DNA of 63,036 bases, counting the filler, from Phoronis australis (lineage: Eukaryota; Animalia; Phoronida), in NCBI GenBank assembly GCA_002633005.1. It is 6 parts of 6 records of this genome, joined end to end, with 100 filler letters (N's around TTAATTAATTAA, not from the genome) between each part and the next. Parts side by side here need not be neighbours in the genome. Positions count along the whole stretch, not along the records: positions 31,264 to 34,120 come from NMRA01003372.1; positions 34,221 to 51,328 come from NMRA01001271.1; 4 more parts are not named here. One strand, 5' to 3'. A program made the translations under genes and the position numbers. The notes below the pieces were generated by a model. That model saw only the letters and a program-made list of their open reading frames with translations. It did no database searches and was not told the DNA's origin. Positions 34,087-48,050 of the stretch are shown here, one piece after another. Positions within the stretch are counted from its first letter, which is position 1. Every line of letters starts with the position of its first letter.

Positions 34087-37000
34087 GTCAGTACTTGTAG
34101 TACACGGTGTACTAGTACTANNNNNNNNNNNNNNNNNNNNNNNNNNNNNNNNNNNNNNNNNNNNTTAATTAATTAANNNNNNNNNNNNNNNNNNNNNNNN
34201 NNNNNNNNNNNNNNNNNNNNGAAGTACATGTAAGTTCATTACAGATTTGTAATTTCTCCATGATTTATTATCCATAACACGAAATACGAAAATAGAGTCA
34301 AAACGAAGACATGATCCTGCTTGAGTGACATTTTTATCACCTGCAATGTACACGGTCATCACAACCACGTCTATAATATGTGTGTGCATGTGTTACCCAA
34401 CTTTCGCCAGTTGAAGTTGTAGAGTTTGCGTACAGGTACATGTACATGCTCAACGGTTGCACGGATGGACGTCACTGAGAAGTGAAGGAGAACGCGACTC
34501 GATGGTTTTAGTTTCAAGTTGGTGGCACCACACGTTTTAACCACGGTTGGCTGCCTTCCGAATTTCATTGAAAATTGTATGCTGTACATTTTGTTTTTTT
34601 TCTGCTCGTGAAGGCTGCGGATCATGACATTTGTTTCTGAGTTATGTTCTGGCTGAAAGAATGCTGTATATGTAGCTGTTGACACCTTTTGAGGTTAAAA
34701 CCGATTCCTCGCATTGCTTTTCTTAAAACTTAGGATAAATCTCCTGCTTTCTGTCAAAAAGCAGTTTGGATTTAGGTCACTTGCATCTATGTACTATGTA
34801 AAGTCTTGTTCCACGAAAAGTTTATAATTGATCTCTGGTCTGCCAAAGAATTGAACTAACAGTCCGTTACAATTACCTCAGTTAACATCTCGTGCCTCCA
34901 TGACAATATAAGTCTACGTTGATATACCTTTACGCTATAGTCTTTCTCAGTTGCAGATATGGAGCAACACACATCATTGGCGCTCAACATTTTGTTTCTC
35001 CTAATTAGTCACGCGTTTCTGAAATTATTTGCAATAGGTTATATATGTTACTAAAGTATTAAACACCCGGTGCCACATTGCCTTCTGGGTGATTTATATA
35101 GGCCATTTTTCAAATTAAATCTTTTCTGAAATTGGAAAAGCGAAAAGAATAGTTTGCGTTACAATCTTTGGCGAACCAGCAGTTGACAGCACTGTCTCCT
35201 TGTTGTTTAATATGTTTCATTTTTTTTCAACATTCTACTGACCAAACGTGGGAGTAAGTTCATACAGGTATAAAATGCGTCTGTCGCTCACCAAACCCGA
35301 TTTTGGCCATGTAACATTATAGTAAAAACGACTTTTTCGTCAATTTCTCGGGACAAAATAATGCTATGTAACCCTTGATAGCCGAAAACAACATTGGAAT
35401 ATTAAAAAAATCCTTTCAAACTGCTAAACGGGATCTATGCATTCTAGCGAATTACATGCAATTGTGACAGGCAAAGACGCACCAAGACCGCAATGTTAAA
35501 TTTTAGTGATAGGGTGGTAAGAATTTCTACTTGACTCCTGCTTTCATCGTTAACCATTTTTGGTGCATTAGCAGGTGACAAGAAGATTTATCATCAAACA
35601 GGGTACATACTATTTACTGGCGTTGAGAGACGTCATTGACGTCTTACAAAAATAGCAATACATAAACAACTGGAGTGGTTTGCTTTGATTTATTCACATA
35701 CCAATATATCAGGTCTGCTTCTGAGAATAAAAACTCCGAAACAGTAGAAAACGATACAAAAGTCCACTAAAAAGGCACGAGAACTACCAAAATTACGTGA
35801 ATGCATAATTCATAGCGATCTAGTGATTCTACCCCATGGTTCTTAGTAAAGGCATCCACATTCTCAAAAATTCAAGCACACATTTTTAGGCTGGGTGCGC
35901 TTATGACGACGAGAAGAAACATTTTAATGTCTCTCAATGAAAATTGCCGGTATTAGAGACTTCCCTGAGTGTATGTACGCTTAACATATTAGTAAGAATG
36001 GACAAGTTCGTGAGTTGTTTTGGGGTAAGCTGTGTGCGGGCAGTACGTACATGTACGATTAGGTTTCACGCTAAGCCCGTAAGGGCTGCTTTCACTGACC
36101 TTGCGGGCCGTCGGAATTTCAAAGTTTTTGTGCGCGTACACCGCCAAGGCCAGTGCCCGCTCAGCAGTCTTAACCCAGCCGAGCCGCCGTGGAAGCACGG
36201 AATGTACAACACGAAATTCCGTATGCATGTTGGCATTCTACGCTATATCGTGAAGGTAAACTACATGTAGTTGTTATGTATTCAGATCTTATAATTCGCC
36301 ACTTACACCAAACGGCACTATAATTGTAATATACATGTAGTAGCAATATATATAGTATATAACAATGTTTAATTATAGCCTCCAGCGACAAAACCACCCT
36401 CTTGATACCAAAACTAAAAGTGTTTTTTAAGCAAAATATTGTTTTTTACTTGCACACCACAGTCACTTGGCACCATAGTAGTTTTTACAGTTAAAACATA
36501 TTTTCTGAGCTGCAGCAACCCCACCTTGTGGTGAAAAAATAGAGGAGTCAGTGATGTACTTCAACTTGGAATCCTACTTAATCTTAAGAATAAGCGGAAG
36601 TAAGTGTTGCGTGAACTTGAAATTCCAAGATCATGAAAGTGATCTTGAGATTAAGCAAACTGCCAAACCCCGTACGTGAACTTGGAATCTTGCGTGAACG
36701 TGGAATTAAGCGGCTGCCTGGCAAAAATCACAGAACAAGGCGCTTGGGATGAAATCGTTACTGAGCCGGTAGGCTACGGACAGAAAAGATTTCTAAAAAA
36801 TCTAAATAAAGCTTCTGTGGCCTGGTCATGAATACTGGTTCAGGGATTGGAATAAAAAATCATTTAAGGAATGTATTGTGATTTCATGTCCCTCACTTCT
36901 TTACAAAAAATCGTGTGGTGTGGGAAATATTCTCTTACCGGTTACAGTATGTCATAAATGCATTTTCCACTACGTTTGGAACCCATCTGAATGCATTCTG

Positions 37001-39747
37001 AATTGTTCCCTACCCTAATCCAAGTTTAAACAAGCCACGCCCTTGCTTAAACTTGGAGTGATTGTTTATTAGCTATGCAAAGTCACTTGGTGAACCAAAC
37101 AATTTCTGGCTGGTTGAAATATGTTGTAAGCACAACGTTTTTCTTACCTTGAGACTTTATTGAACACGTTAACAATTATTTCTTCCGAATTTCACGTTTA
37201 AGCAGGCCTTTCTAATTTCCCTTTACAAACGATATGTTGTGAAGTAAGCATTCCCTGAAAGATTACAAGACATTATGAACATTTTTTTCTATCCCTGTAA
37301 ATTATCGGCGATTATTTTTTACCCAATGCCAAGTTTAAAAGATGACTGTAGTAAAAATAATGCAGCAGTAAACCGGTTCTAATATACCCATAACACTCAC
37401 ATTTGTCCGAGTTGCTATCCAAACAAAACTGATTCACAATATATTGTAAAAACACTAATGCTGACAGCAGTCTCTGATTGGCCGATATGTCAGTGGTTGA
37501 CAGGGCATCGACTGCTTATCACATATTTCTGCTCCATATTGGGGCATTGAGTGGATAGAGTTTACATTGCGTTTTATGTATCACCGATTCTTATTATTTA
37601 CTGTTTGCCAGTGTAGTAAAAAATTCTCCATGCCTTTTTGTATGGCACCTACTTGTTCAAACTCTGCGAAAAAGGTGTCGTCCAAGACGGCGGACATAGG
37701 ACACCATCCGTTGCCCTTGCCTTGGTACAAGGCTGTATGCTAAATTATTCAGAACAAAATACTATTCCCTGTAATAAGCAAACTTGGAATCAATGTCTTT
37801 TCATTTCACAAAAAACTAAGTGGTGAAGCAAGCTTTCTCTCGCAGATTACAATAAGCTGTAAACGCAATTCCTGTTCTTGATACTACTCTAACACATTTT
37901 ACCATTCGTCTTCTACATAATTTCAAATTTAACCGGTACTTAAAGCAGTATGGGGTTTCACATTTTTCAATTTCAAAAAAAACTCAATACCTTTAATGAG
38001 ACACTTTCATAGACAAAAATGAAATCCTCGAGTTGGGCCCATTCTTTTTGGAAAGCTCAAGGGGTCACGGAAAACATGTTCTCCATGTTACTGCAGGTGG
38101 ACCGTGGTCTCTCACTGGAGATGATGTACGTTACAACGAAAATAATCGATAGTTTTTAAAGATATTTAAAAATAAGAATGTGACTTTGCTTTAGCAATAT
38201 CTGTAGGGACAGGTCCATTTTTTCCAACATAGCACCAAATTATAATACAACATAAAACATATTCTGTAAAGTTACAGAGGCTGACATACAGTATTTTTTC
38301 AAACTAAATTACACAATGTCCTAATTTCACAAGGCTACTAAAATATTTCTTTCTTTTTCAATAGAATCCAATCCAACTCTAGCTAAATTTCAACAAAAAA
38401 ATCTTATTGCACAAGACCAGTCACAAACAAAAACTTAAGGACTGGACACAATGTCGACATTCAACTCCGACGAAAGTTCGACTACGTAAACTGACAAATT
38501 ATTCTAGCAAGAAGATTATCCAAATTTGACAGTCTTGGAGACTTCTGTTGAAGTCTGTCAATTTGTTGGCATCAGGTGATATATACTTACTTCTAAAATG
38601 ATCCCTGTCCCCACCAAGGTTTGAACCCAGGACTTTCTGCTAACCCGTTAGTCAACACCTGATGTGATCAACATATGGCGTATGTGAAGAGCAACAGTTA
38701 TACGACATCATTTACTGCGCAGTAAAAGAAAAGTGTTCAAGCATCAGGTTAAGGTTATGGGAGATCCTAGACAAATGTCTAAACTTGGTGAAGCGGAAAA
38801 CATATCTTGCAAATGGCTGATAGGATTCCAATAAAAACTTTCAGATCTTGTACTTTATGCACTTTTTCTCCATCAGGCTTTTAGAGATTATATTTTGACT
38901 TATCTACTTTGGCATGGGAAGGCTAGGTAAAACAGGGACTTTCGGTAATTTCATGAGAAACTCAAACGTTGATTAAAACGAAAAGGATTACTAAAAAAAA
39001 CACAATCGGCATTTTTCAGATTCCATCTTGAACATTTATATAAAAAGAAAATTGGTCATGTTATCGACTCCACTGTTTTGTTATGAATGTAATCCCTTTT
39101 CCCGAATCTTATTAAAATTATGGTCAATGGACCCAATTAATGGGAGATTGATATGTAAAGTCATTATATACAGACTCTCTACTTTCATGAATTGAAGTAG
39201 TGTTTTAGAAAGTTAAATTCCAAAGCTTGTAGATATTTGTCAGTAAGGTGCCACATAACTTTATGTCCTGACAGTAAATTTTGGGTTACTCATTTGTTTC
39301 ATTACATGACAACTGATACTTCTGTCCTCTGATTGTCTGGAATACAGTTTGATAATTTTGACCCACCACCTTGTGGAATAACACTTCATTTACGCCACCA
39401 GGATGTCACGCAAATAGCAATGTGACCAATCAGATACCCTAAAAATCATAAACCCTGACAGCAAAGTAAGCAGACAATGTCAGTACATCAAACTTAGCAT
39501 TAAAGAAGCATCATTAGCCATTTAATAAAAGAAAGTTAGACTGATCTATCAGGCAGATTAGGTTACATAGACCTGAGAGGGACATATGCTACATGTACAT
39601 TAGTGATTCATCGGCAAGCAGATTCAAATGGTGTAACAGCAATGAAATGGGGGTCCTCCAGCTTTGGCTAATCTGTTGACCTACAGTAGCACGAATTGTT
39701 ATCACTGATTCTGTGTAAGCCATAAAGATGTTCACTAACATGTGCTG

Positions 39748-39860
39748 TCAATGAGACCAGTTGTGTGTCCTTGATTTAGTAGCTTGAATGCGCTGCGTCA
39801 GTTGAGGGGGACTCTTCCGCTTATCTACGACTTTCTGGAAGACAGGAAGGTGCTTGGAAC
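39748..39860 (-). CDS. Possible terminal coding exon, unidentified
   Basis: atttatttcaaacag acceptor, then (G)SKHLPVFQKVVDKRKSPPQLTQRIQATKSRTHNWSH*. No family recognised. Confidence 0.25.
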
Positions 39861-40899
39861 CTGTTTGAAATAAATAGAATAGTTTAAATTCCTTTTAGGC
39901 AAACCTGATAATACTACATACACAACTCTTCAATAAAAAATACGCATTACTGACAAAATTGTTTTCATGTTGACGGCGCATAATACATGTACGTTTGTAT
40001 TTAGCCGTGACTTTACACTTCAAACTAAGGCAGCGCTTCAAAAAGAACGCAACAGCGTTCTATGCTCTCGTGACGACCGTGTCCCACTATGGTCTGACCT
40101 TTCAGTAGACACATCGACTGTCTCATGAATAAAAATAATTCGGTGTTAAACGCACGTGGCCAGGAAGCTCGCACTACATACGTTAACCTGTCATCAAAGA
40201 CATTAGTCGGGAACTATCCATTCATGAAACGGGTAGCATAGCATCGATAAGAAATGAATATTGCCACTAATTTCCGACAATTTCTAATATTATAAAACAT
40301 GTTTGCGTTATTTTTGAGATGGATTGTTTGATTAACCATAATTGGTGTTTTTAAGCCAAATATCCGGTAAAATGACAACTGACAGTGAATGCTTGCACGC
40401 ACACCCTTACACCGAAAAATAACTGTCAGATAGTTCCGTACCCATCCAGTTACACGGCGACTAATATGGGCCTTACCGAGACAAATGTCAAAAGTTTTTA
40501 GCACGAGAACAGCAGGTGCTGAATGAAACACGCTCTGGTTTAGGCTTACTGCTTGTGCAAATTTCTTTAGACACATCTAGCTAGTTAGATTGCATGGCTC
40601 TGACCAAAAACGGTCTCTGCTTTGGCAAATGAACTCTAGTGACACACATGCGTTTGCTTACTCGCAGACGAACTTCAAAACAAACGTCACGTGACAACAA
40701 CATGTGTGTTCGACCAAACATTTTTCTCGCCGTGTTGCCGATCATACATGTAGATGGCACGATCTTGCACAGATTTGTACTTAAACCTGCCAGTAATCTA
40801 GACTCCACGGAAATTAAAAAAATCTACGAGATGCTACTTATAAAACTTAATGAGGTTTTCAGGTGATTTGCATGAGTCGAAACCATTTTTTTAAAGCAT

Positions 40900-41572
40900 T
40901 GAAGTCGCCATATCGAAGACGGCGATTTCGAGGCAGTCAGTCGGCGAGTTTTTGCCCTGGGATTTCAGCACAATTTTTTGTAAAATGATCGTAATTTAGC
41001 AGCAAAATTTGATAGCAATGCACCACAGTTTTGTTGAAAGTCTCTCATAGATTACATATACGTCACAGAGTGTAAATTTGAGATGAATCTTAGCTTCCGA
41101 TTTCACTCGTTTGAGAGACCGGGTTTCAACCGTCTTGGGTTATAATAAGCCCCCCCGAACCGAACTTTTCTAAGCACCCTGGGCTGTTATTACGGCGAAT
41201 ACGGTAATTTAAACATTTTGCAGATCTCACGAGGTATGTGTCCTACTATGGTCTGGCTTTTCAGAGCAGACACAGTGTACTTGTCAACGGAAGTGAATCT
41301 CGCCATGAGGCGGCAAGTTTTCGCCCTGGAATTTCCCCAAAATTTTCTGAAAAAGGATCGTAATTTAATGAAGTTTGATAGCAATGTACCACAATTTTGT
41401 GGAAAGTCGATCTGTCGTAGGCTACAGACACGATAAATTTGATGAATCCTAGCTTCGGATCTCACCTGTTTAGGACACTGTGTTTCAACAGCCTTATGAT
41501 CCAATAAGCACACCCCCTCTCCTGAAACAAATTTTTCTAAGCACCCTAGGCACTTACTAGGGCTAATACGGT
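40900..41572. mobile_element. Two tandem right arms of a CCGTA-terminated DNA transposon, with a HIRAN-like coding remnant
   Basis: ~40905-41204 and ~41295-41572 are direct copies ending ...ctaagcaccct.gg...aatacggt. Minus-strand DKYTVSA...IVGHIPREICK lies between them. Confidence 0.5.
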
Positions 41573-41936
41573 GTCTATAAATGAGACCAAGAAAGCAACT
41601 TGGATTTGGTGGACAGAAAGTCGTAACTATATATAGCTGTCCATTAATTTAAAAGCAGCCATTGACAACCCCTCCCATTGTTTGATTGGGTTAATTTACC
41701 TAATTACATGGCGAATCATTGTATCTGCCATCACCTGAAACTTCATCAAGTTTTTTTGTCTGTACTCTACATACAGGTTGCACTATTTGTCCCAATTGGC
41801 ACACGATTCACCCACAATTTCTAGTCCCCCGAAGTGCTAGAAGCCTATGGTCGTTCATCATGATCAGATTCAAGATGGCGGACGTGTTGGCTATTTTGTT
41901 TTCGAAGTCAAATTCAAATGCTCACAGAGGTCGCAT

Positions 41937-42930
41937 TTCTATGCGCCCACATACATGTACCTATATGTGGGTGCAAATTGCCTTCATCTCTGGGCTCCAG
42001 CGTCCGCAGCTGTATCTCCTGAACCGCTCAAAGTATCTTCAGCAAATTTGACAGATGGGTTCATATGAAAATGACGACAGAAGAGGACGAATTTCGAACG
42101 GATCAGACAACCATTGTGCCCCCTAGTGGCAATTATTTTTTTACATTTACCTCTGTATCTTTAAAGGTCGTCTACAGATTTTTGTGAAACTTGGCATATA
42201 GGCACTTGTTAGTAGGATGATGCTATATTTCTGTTTTCGGAAGGAGTGAAGGTATTTTGCGCCACCTAATAACCATTTTCACTGTTTTTTGGCGTCTGCT
42301 TCTCAATCAACCAAACCGCTCTTGAAGATGATTGTAAAAATTGGCATGCATGTAATTTCTTACTATGAAGAGAAAGCCTGACGATGATTTTCCGATTAAT
42401 CTGGCTAGTGTGGCACCTCCCAGTGGCAGTTTATTGGTGACATGATGCTATCTCCCTATTTTCCGAATTATTTGAGGCATTTTGCGCCACCTAGTGGCCA
42501 TTTATGTTTTTTTCCAATCGTTTTTTTGGCATCTGCTCCTCTATCAACTAAACCATTCTATGGATTATTGTGAAAATTGATATATCTGTTCTCAGTTTGA
42601 AGAGTATGGCTGACGATGACGACTAACTACTGTGGCGCCTCCTAGCTTTTTTGCGCCTATAGCTGTATGCCCTAAGCCTACTGCAGGATCTTAATTAAAT
42701 TTAGCAAGTGTATTCATATCATGTTGAGAAGAGATATTGACAACTTTCAGGTGCACTGCCCCCTAGTGGCCATTCCATTTTTTCCGGTCTTTGTTTCTCT
42801 ATAGTTTCTTGACAGATTTTAAGGAAATCGGTAAAATACTTTCTATTAAAAAATCGATGTTTCTGTTTTCGGATGGAGTTGACATGTTTTGCGCCATCTG
42901 GTGGCCATTTTTATGATACAAATAGATGTC
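41937..42930 (+). mobile_element. HINE-like family 1, 3'-incomplete copy
   Basis: atgcgcccacata...tatgtgggtgca hairpin head and the family subrepeats. Confidence 0.75.
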
Positions 42931-43011
42931 ACAAGAAGCATGCTGTTTGTGATGCCCAATTGCTTCAAAATTTTTCGCTCTCCGGCAGCCTTTTTGTTGG
43001 GTTCTTCTTTA

Positions 43012-43178
43012 TCAATATAGGAAGACCCGCTCTCCGGCCTCCTTTCGGCGAGGCCCCCCTATTTTAATGTAGGGGCCCGGCTTGTCCGGCCTCCTTTCGG
43101 CGGGCTCCTATATTAATATAGGAGCCCCGTTATCCGGCCTCCTTTCAGCGAGGCCCTCTATATTAATATAGGAGGACT
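43012..43178. repeat. ~53-bp minisatellite x3, rich in hairpins
   Basis: Unit tccggcctcctttcggcgaggcc..ctatattaatatagg. Perfect 26-bp palindrome at 43102-43127. Confidence 0.85.
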
Positions 43179-46100
43179 CGCTTTTGAGGTCTGAAATTCA
43201 ATTTTTGCCGATGTCATTTTAATAAGAATAAGCCATTTTAAATAATAAGTTGTTAATAGAGTTATAGATGACCTACGTGCCCGCCATGTAGCTTTCAAAA
43301 TAAAAATCTAACGCTTAAAACCCCCAAGACTTATGTGGCTGCTTTCAAAATCGTCACTTATATTGGTCTACATGTGAAAACAGACAACGTGGAAATAACA
43401 CAAAATTCGGTGAGTGAGCTGAAAATCCATATAATTTCGACTAAAGTCCGATCTAATTCTGGATAAAGCTCAACAATATTTTGACAGGTGTTCCAACTAC
43501 GTTGTATAAATGCCGAAATGTTATTGCGCAAGCCCTTTTCATATGAACGGTTAGGCATTCCACGAGTAGTTTACAATTTCAAAATGTCTGTCATGTTTCC
43601 CAGGTTGGGTTTTCCATTTAACCTGAAGGTGATTTCCAAAAAGATTATAAATTCGACCGTGACAAAAATTAGTCTACGTATGTTCAAGGAATTTCTATAT
43701 AAATTGGATGACAATTTTACTTAATCACTAATTTTATGGGAATGACGATTTAAGATTTTTAAGAACCATTCTGCGAAATTTCAAAAGAAATAGAAACATC
43801 ATTCTAGGGGTCTCTCATCTACATTAAGAGTATAAACTTTGTTGATGTATTGGTGTCTTAAGTTTTGTCTTTAGGCCACTAAAGATTCACGAACAGAATG
43901 ACACGTTTTTGCATACCGAAAACAGCAATAGGTAGGTTGCACACACTGAGAGAAATTGCATGATGGAATTAGAAAGTGATTCATTAGTACATGCGTATAT
44001 TTCAAACAATGATTTTGCTGCATCCGTCAGGTGGCAGGGAAGATAAATATAGAAGCACTTTTCGTACTGTTGAACGTGGGTAACCTTAATAGCGCCTGAC
44101 ATATCCATATACCATTTCACTCAAATTATTTATTGTTCATAGCTGACCATGTCAGAGATTTTTTCATACTGCAATTGATTTTAATTAAGGGTTCGAGACT
44201 TTGCATATTGTACAAACGGAAAGCTCGAAAAGTATGAAGACAAACGCCCACCCCGAAGGAAAGGTGTCGATGTCGGAAATGCTGAAATCGCAATTACACG
44301 GTGCGCTCCAAAGTTATCATTACCTTTGTGGCAAATTTTGACTCGCACATTTTTGTCAGCGGCATAGATTACGAGTTTAAAAGTGCTTTATATTATTTTC
44401 ACAAATATTGTGACAGCTTAATTTAAAGTCCATCGGAATATCTTAGTTCTTAGCCTGAAAAACGTAAGCTTTTAATCACAAAGGCATAAGTTTTTGACAA
44501 ACATTGAAGTATTTTGGAACAAGCATTTTGGAACGGTCTTAAGTTTTCAGAATTTAAGTTTTCAAAAACTTTATTTTTTTCCAAAAACTTGTTCAAAATA
44601 CTTACGTTTTTCAAAAACGTAAGCTTTCACAACTTAAGTTTTCAATGAACTAACTTTTAAAAGTTGAAGTTTCCCAACAGCAATAAGTCTCAATTACACA
44701 AGTGTTCGACTTCCAATAAATTAAACAAGAGTGGAGTATAGTAACTACTTTAATGATGTTCATTTAACAAAAATAAAGTTCTGTTATCATTCCATTAACA
44801 ATGATAAATTGCAGGAAAAATTAACTTGCTCAAAATACACTAGCCCTATATGATAAGAGAAACTAGAAACAATTGAAAAACCAGTTCTCTAAGTGTCATA
44901 AATACATTGTTGTGAAAACTAAATTAGGCTAATAACATAGTCACACATGCATATTTCTCGGTTTATGACAGTGTGTGAGAACTGAGGGAACGGAATGGAA
45001 TGTTCATGTATATACAGAGAAAGCACTAATTACCAAACCATGAAACACAACTAAAGAGAAAAGTGATTACATGGCGAGGAAAGACTAACGAATGTTAATT
45101 CGTCTTCAGCACATGCTTTTTCTACTAAAATTACAGCAATGACACCCGAAGTAACAAAATATATAACATGCAAAAGTAAAGAATATCCTCAAAGCCTATT
45201 ACAGAGAAGAGCATAAAATAAAACGTAACAGGTAACTGAAAGTTTGTGGGCAAGGGCCGCAGATGTGATTTTGGTTAAGCACTGTTAGATTTTTCCTGCA
45301 ATTATTTGGCTGGAAATGGTACCTGTCATTATTTTCAACAGTAAATCATACATGTGTACACACCATGATGCCATCTAAAAATTTTCACCTGATTAAGAGG
45401 TCTCCTTTCTAACCCGCAGATAAAAAATAGGCTTTTTCAACCAGTAAAAGTATATATTTTCTGAAAAAAAAGATCAGGAAATAAAAAAATATTTTACATG
45501 TATGTACCTTTACTATGACTACCTCGATACTTTTGTAAGTCAGTACATTCATAGCAAAATAACCCCTGGGTCTATTTTAATGAAGCGTTTTTAATGAACA
45601 CTTCAAATACCTGAAAAACTCTTTCCTGTCAGAACCTATGACAAGTGAACTCGCAAAACATCTTGTTATTTTTAAAAAGCAGTCGTATTCATCATTGAAC
45701 ATCACGCAAAAACTAGGCCTTTATATTAAAAATCTTGATTTGCCGAAGTGGACAAAAACACGACAAAGTCCTTAGAGATGACGGCTTCAATGTCTTCCGT
45801 TAATTATTCAGTGACAACTTGTGTTCATTCATTATGACCTTCACGCCCCTAAGCCGCGTTCATGATTTCAACATTCTCTTGCAATGTTATCCGAATTCGT
45901 AGTTTGTAATTAACTGAATTTATTGCAAAATCGTTTAAATAGCCAAGTCAATTTCCAATGCATCGAGTCCACCTAGGTAACAGGGGGAGTCAACATAAAT
46001 TTCAAGTGCGAGCATCTTTTTGTTTTTAAAAGATGATCTTTCAGATTTTGTTGCTATCGGTTTAACGATTAGCATCGTATAGAAATGGCAAGACTCAGAA

Positions 46101-46414
46101 TGAAGTGACTCCGCATGTTGTATGTAATGAGTGTCAAGTAATAAATTGGATGTTACTGGAGCACAGCGTCAGTTAGCACCTATCGCGGGCAAATCCAGAA
46201 ATATGAACTGTTTCAAAAATGCTAATACTGTCACTGGTGGGCAACTCGTGCATATGTCATTTCCTGGATAGACCGATTTTGGCCATATTTCATAAAGTTC
46301 CACCTAAGAAATCTAGTTAAATAAGCTGCCACCAGGGGAATGGCAGTAGTCGATATATTTAAACATCGACGTCGATCGATTTTACCACCATAGAACCTAT
46401 TCACGCCGACAGGA

Positions 46415-46590
46415 GGCGCGTTTCAAAACGAGGCTCGCTACGATAGCTCTGTTAGCTTATCCGCGTAGTTGTACTCCGCGTTGCTCGAACAACTACAAAA
46501 AATACGGAATTCTGTATTACAATCCCTAAGGATGTTGGGATTTGGAAGCGTTGGGTCCTTGCCATACGCCGCGACGAAGGAAAATATGTA
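46415..46590 (+). pseudogene. THAP-domain relic of a DNA transposon (inverted copy ~51625-51775)
   Basis: PRCSNN...IPKD..IWKRWVLAIRRDEG across a frameshift. caaaacgaggctcgctacga and gcgttgctcgaac are shared with the inverted copy. Confidence 0.55.
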
Positions 46591-46923
46591 CGTGTAAAAT
46601 TTATAACTTTTTTCATATCATAATTTGTCGCATTTTGGACTGCCGGGATACCGCCATGTCGAGGACCGGAGAATCTTCGGCCAGCCAGGCTGTGTTTTCA
46701 TGACGAAGCGCGATGCATTTTTCTTTACAAAAAGGACAGGGCCCTCAATCCCTCAATTTTGGGGCCAAATATCGGCAATATTCCCCTCTCAAAAATATTG
46801 AAAAATCACGCGAAATTCCCGGCCACGAGGCCTACTGAAAAATCTCCTTTGTGATTGAAATTTTTCTCCATCTGTTCAAATCACCTGTGACCACAGAGAT
46901 GACAATTTGAAAAAGTACAAAAT

Positions 46924-47475
46924 CATAGGCGGATTTAGGGGGAGGTGGCAGACCCCCCCCCCCTTTGACTGCTGAAAGCAAAATCAACCAGCAAAACGCG
47001 ACGTGAAGCTGGAGGAAACAGGTACTGAGTTCGAACTAGGACCGGTAGCGGACGAGGGGAGAAAACGCGTTCCGTTTTATTCTTTTTAGTCCAACGACAT
47101 ATTTCCTGAACAGAAGGTATACATCCTCGGCGCCCGTAGCTTCCAGGCCGCCTGCGTGCATACAATCGCGCTTATTGTTGCCCGGCTGCTTCTCCGAGGA
47201 TGTCGGCCCCCCGCCCCTGCAGTCACTAGGCCTATATGGTATCCTAGATCAGCCACTGAAAATGCTAATTGAGACAGAGCTATTAGAGCTTACAAAAGGG
47301 CGGGGTGCTATTGATGGTGATAGGGAGGTCAGTAGAGTTTTCAATGACCCGTCATTCAGCGAAAGGTTCCCCGCAGAAGGCCGCCCACACATGAGGCACC
47401 TTTCCAAATGGAATATGGGAGAATTTTGGGGGGATTGGGGCATAGCCCCTTGGCTCCACACTAAATCCGCCACTG
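46924..47475. mobile_element. MITE-like insert with GGCGGATTTAG inverted termini (hAT-like)
   Basis: cataggcggatttag ... ctaaatccgccactg; interrupts the repeat shared with 1358-2050. No TSD seen. Confidence 0.5.
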
Positions 47476-47484
47476 TTTTGTGGT

Positions 47485-48050
47485 GTTCTGTCCAGTGAAC
47501 TGAAATTGAGCTCTAAAACGAAGTTATGCTTTGGACAAAAGAATTAGGTGTTTTAGTTCTAAAATTCAACTTGGTCGAGATTAATATTTGAAAAATATAA
47601 CACATGAAATAGACGTAATTATTAAAACCAAAAAAGCAGAATTGATGGTCATATAATTTTTATTTTCAACTGCGAGCCTAGTTTTATATCGTAATGAAAA
47701 TATATATTTAATAACATCAAGTATTATTTCAGATCAATGACAAATCAATTGTTAGTCCCGATAGTGCCTACCTCACCAGGTCCTAGGCTATGCTGGAAGC
47801 TAGTGATGGGCCTACTCTTGATTAATTAAACCAGATGAGACTAATTGCACTGCAGCAAAATACTATGAGCCACCACTGTGAAATATATCTTCAACTCGTC
47901 AACAATACGACCAGATGACCTCGTTCGTGTAGAAAGCATTTTTATCAAGAATTTATTAGAAGAAACGTAACCCTGCATTCAGCATGATACCTAATCCGTG
48001 ACTACGATCGCCGCAATTTGGTCATGTTTATTCTTCATGTTTCGAACCTA
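47485..48050 (-). repeat. Unclassified interspersed repeat, copy 2
   Basis: Reverse complement of 1358-1865. Confidence 0.75.
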
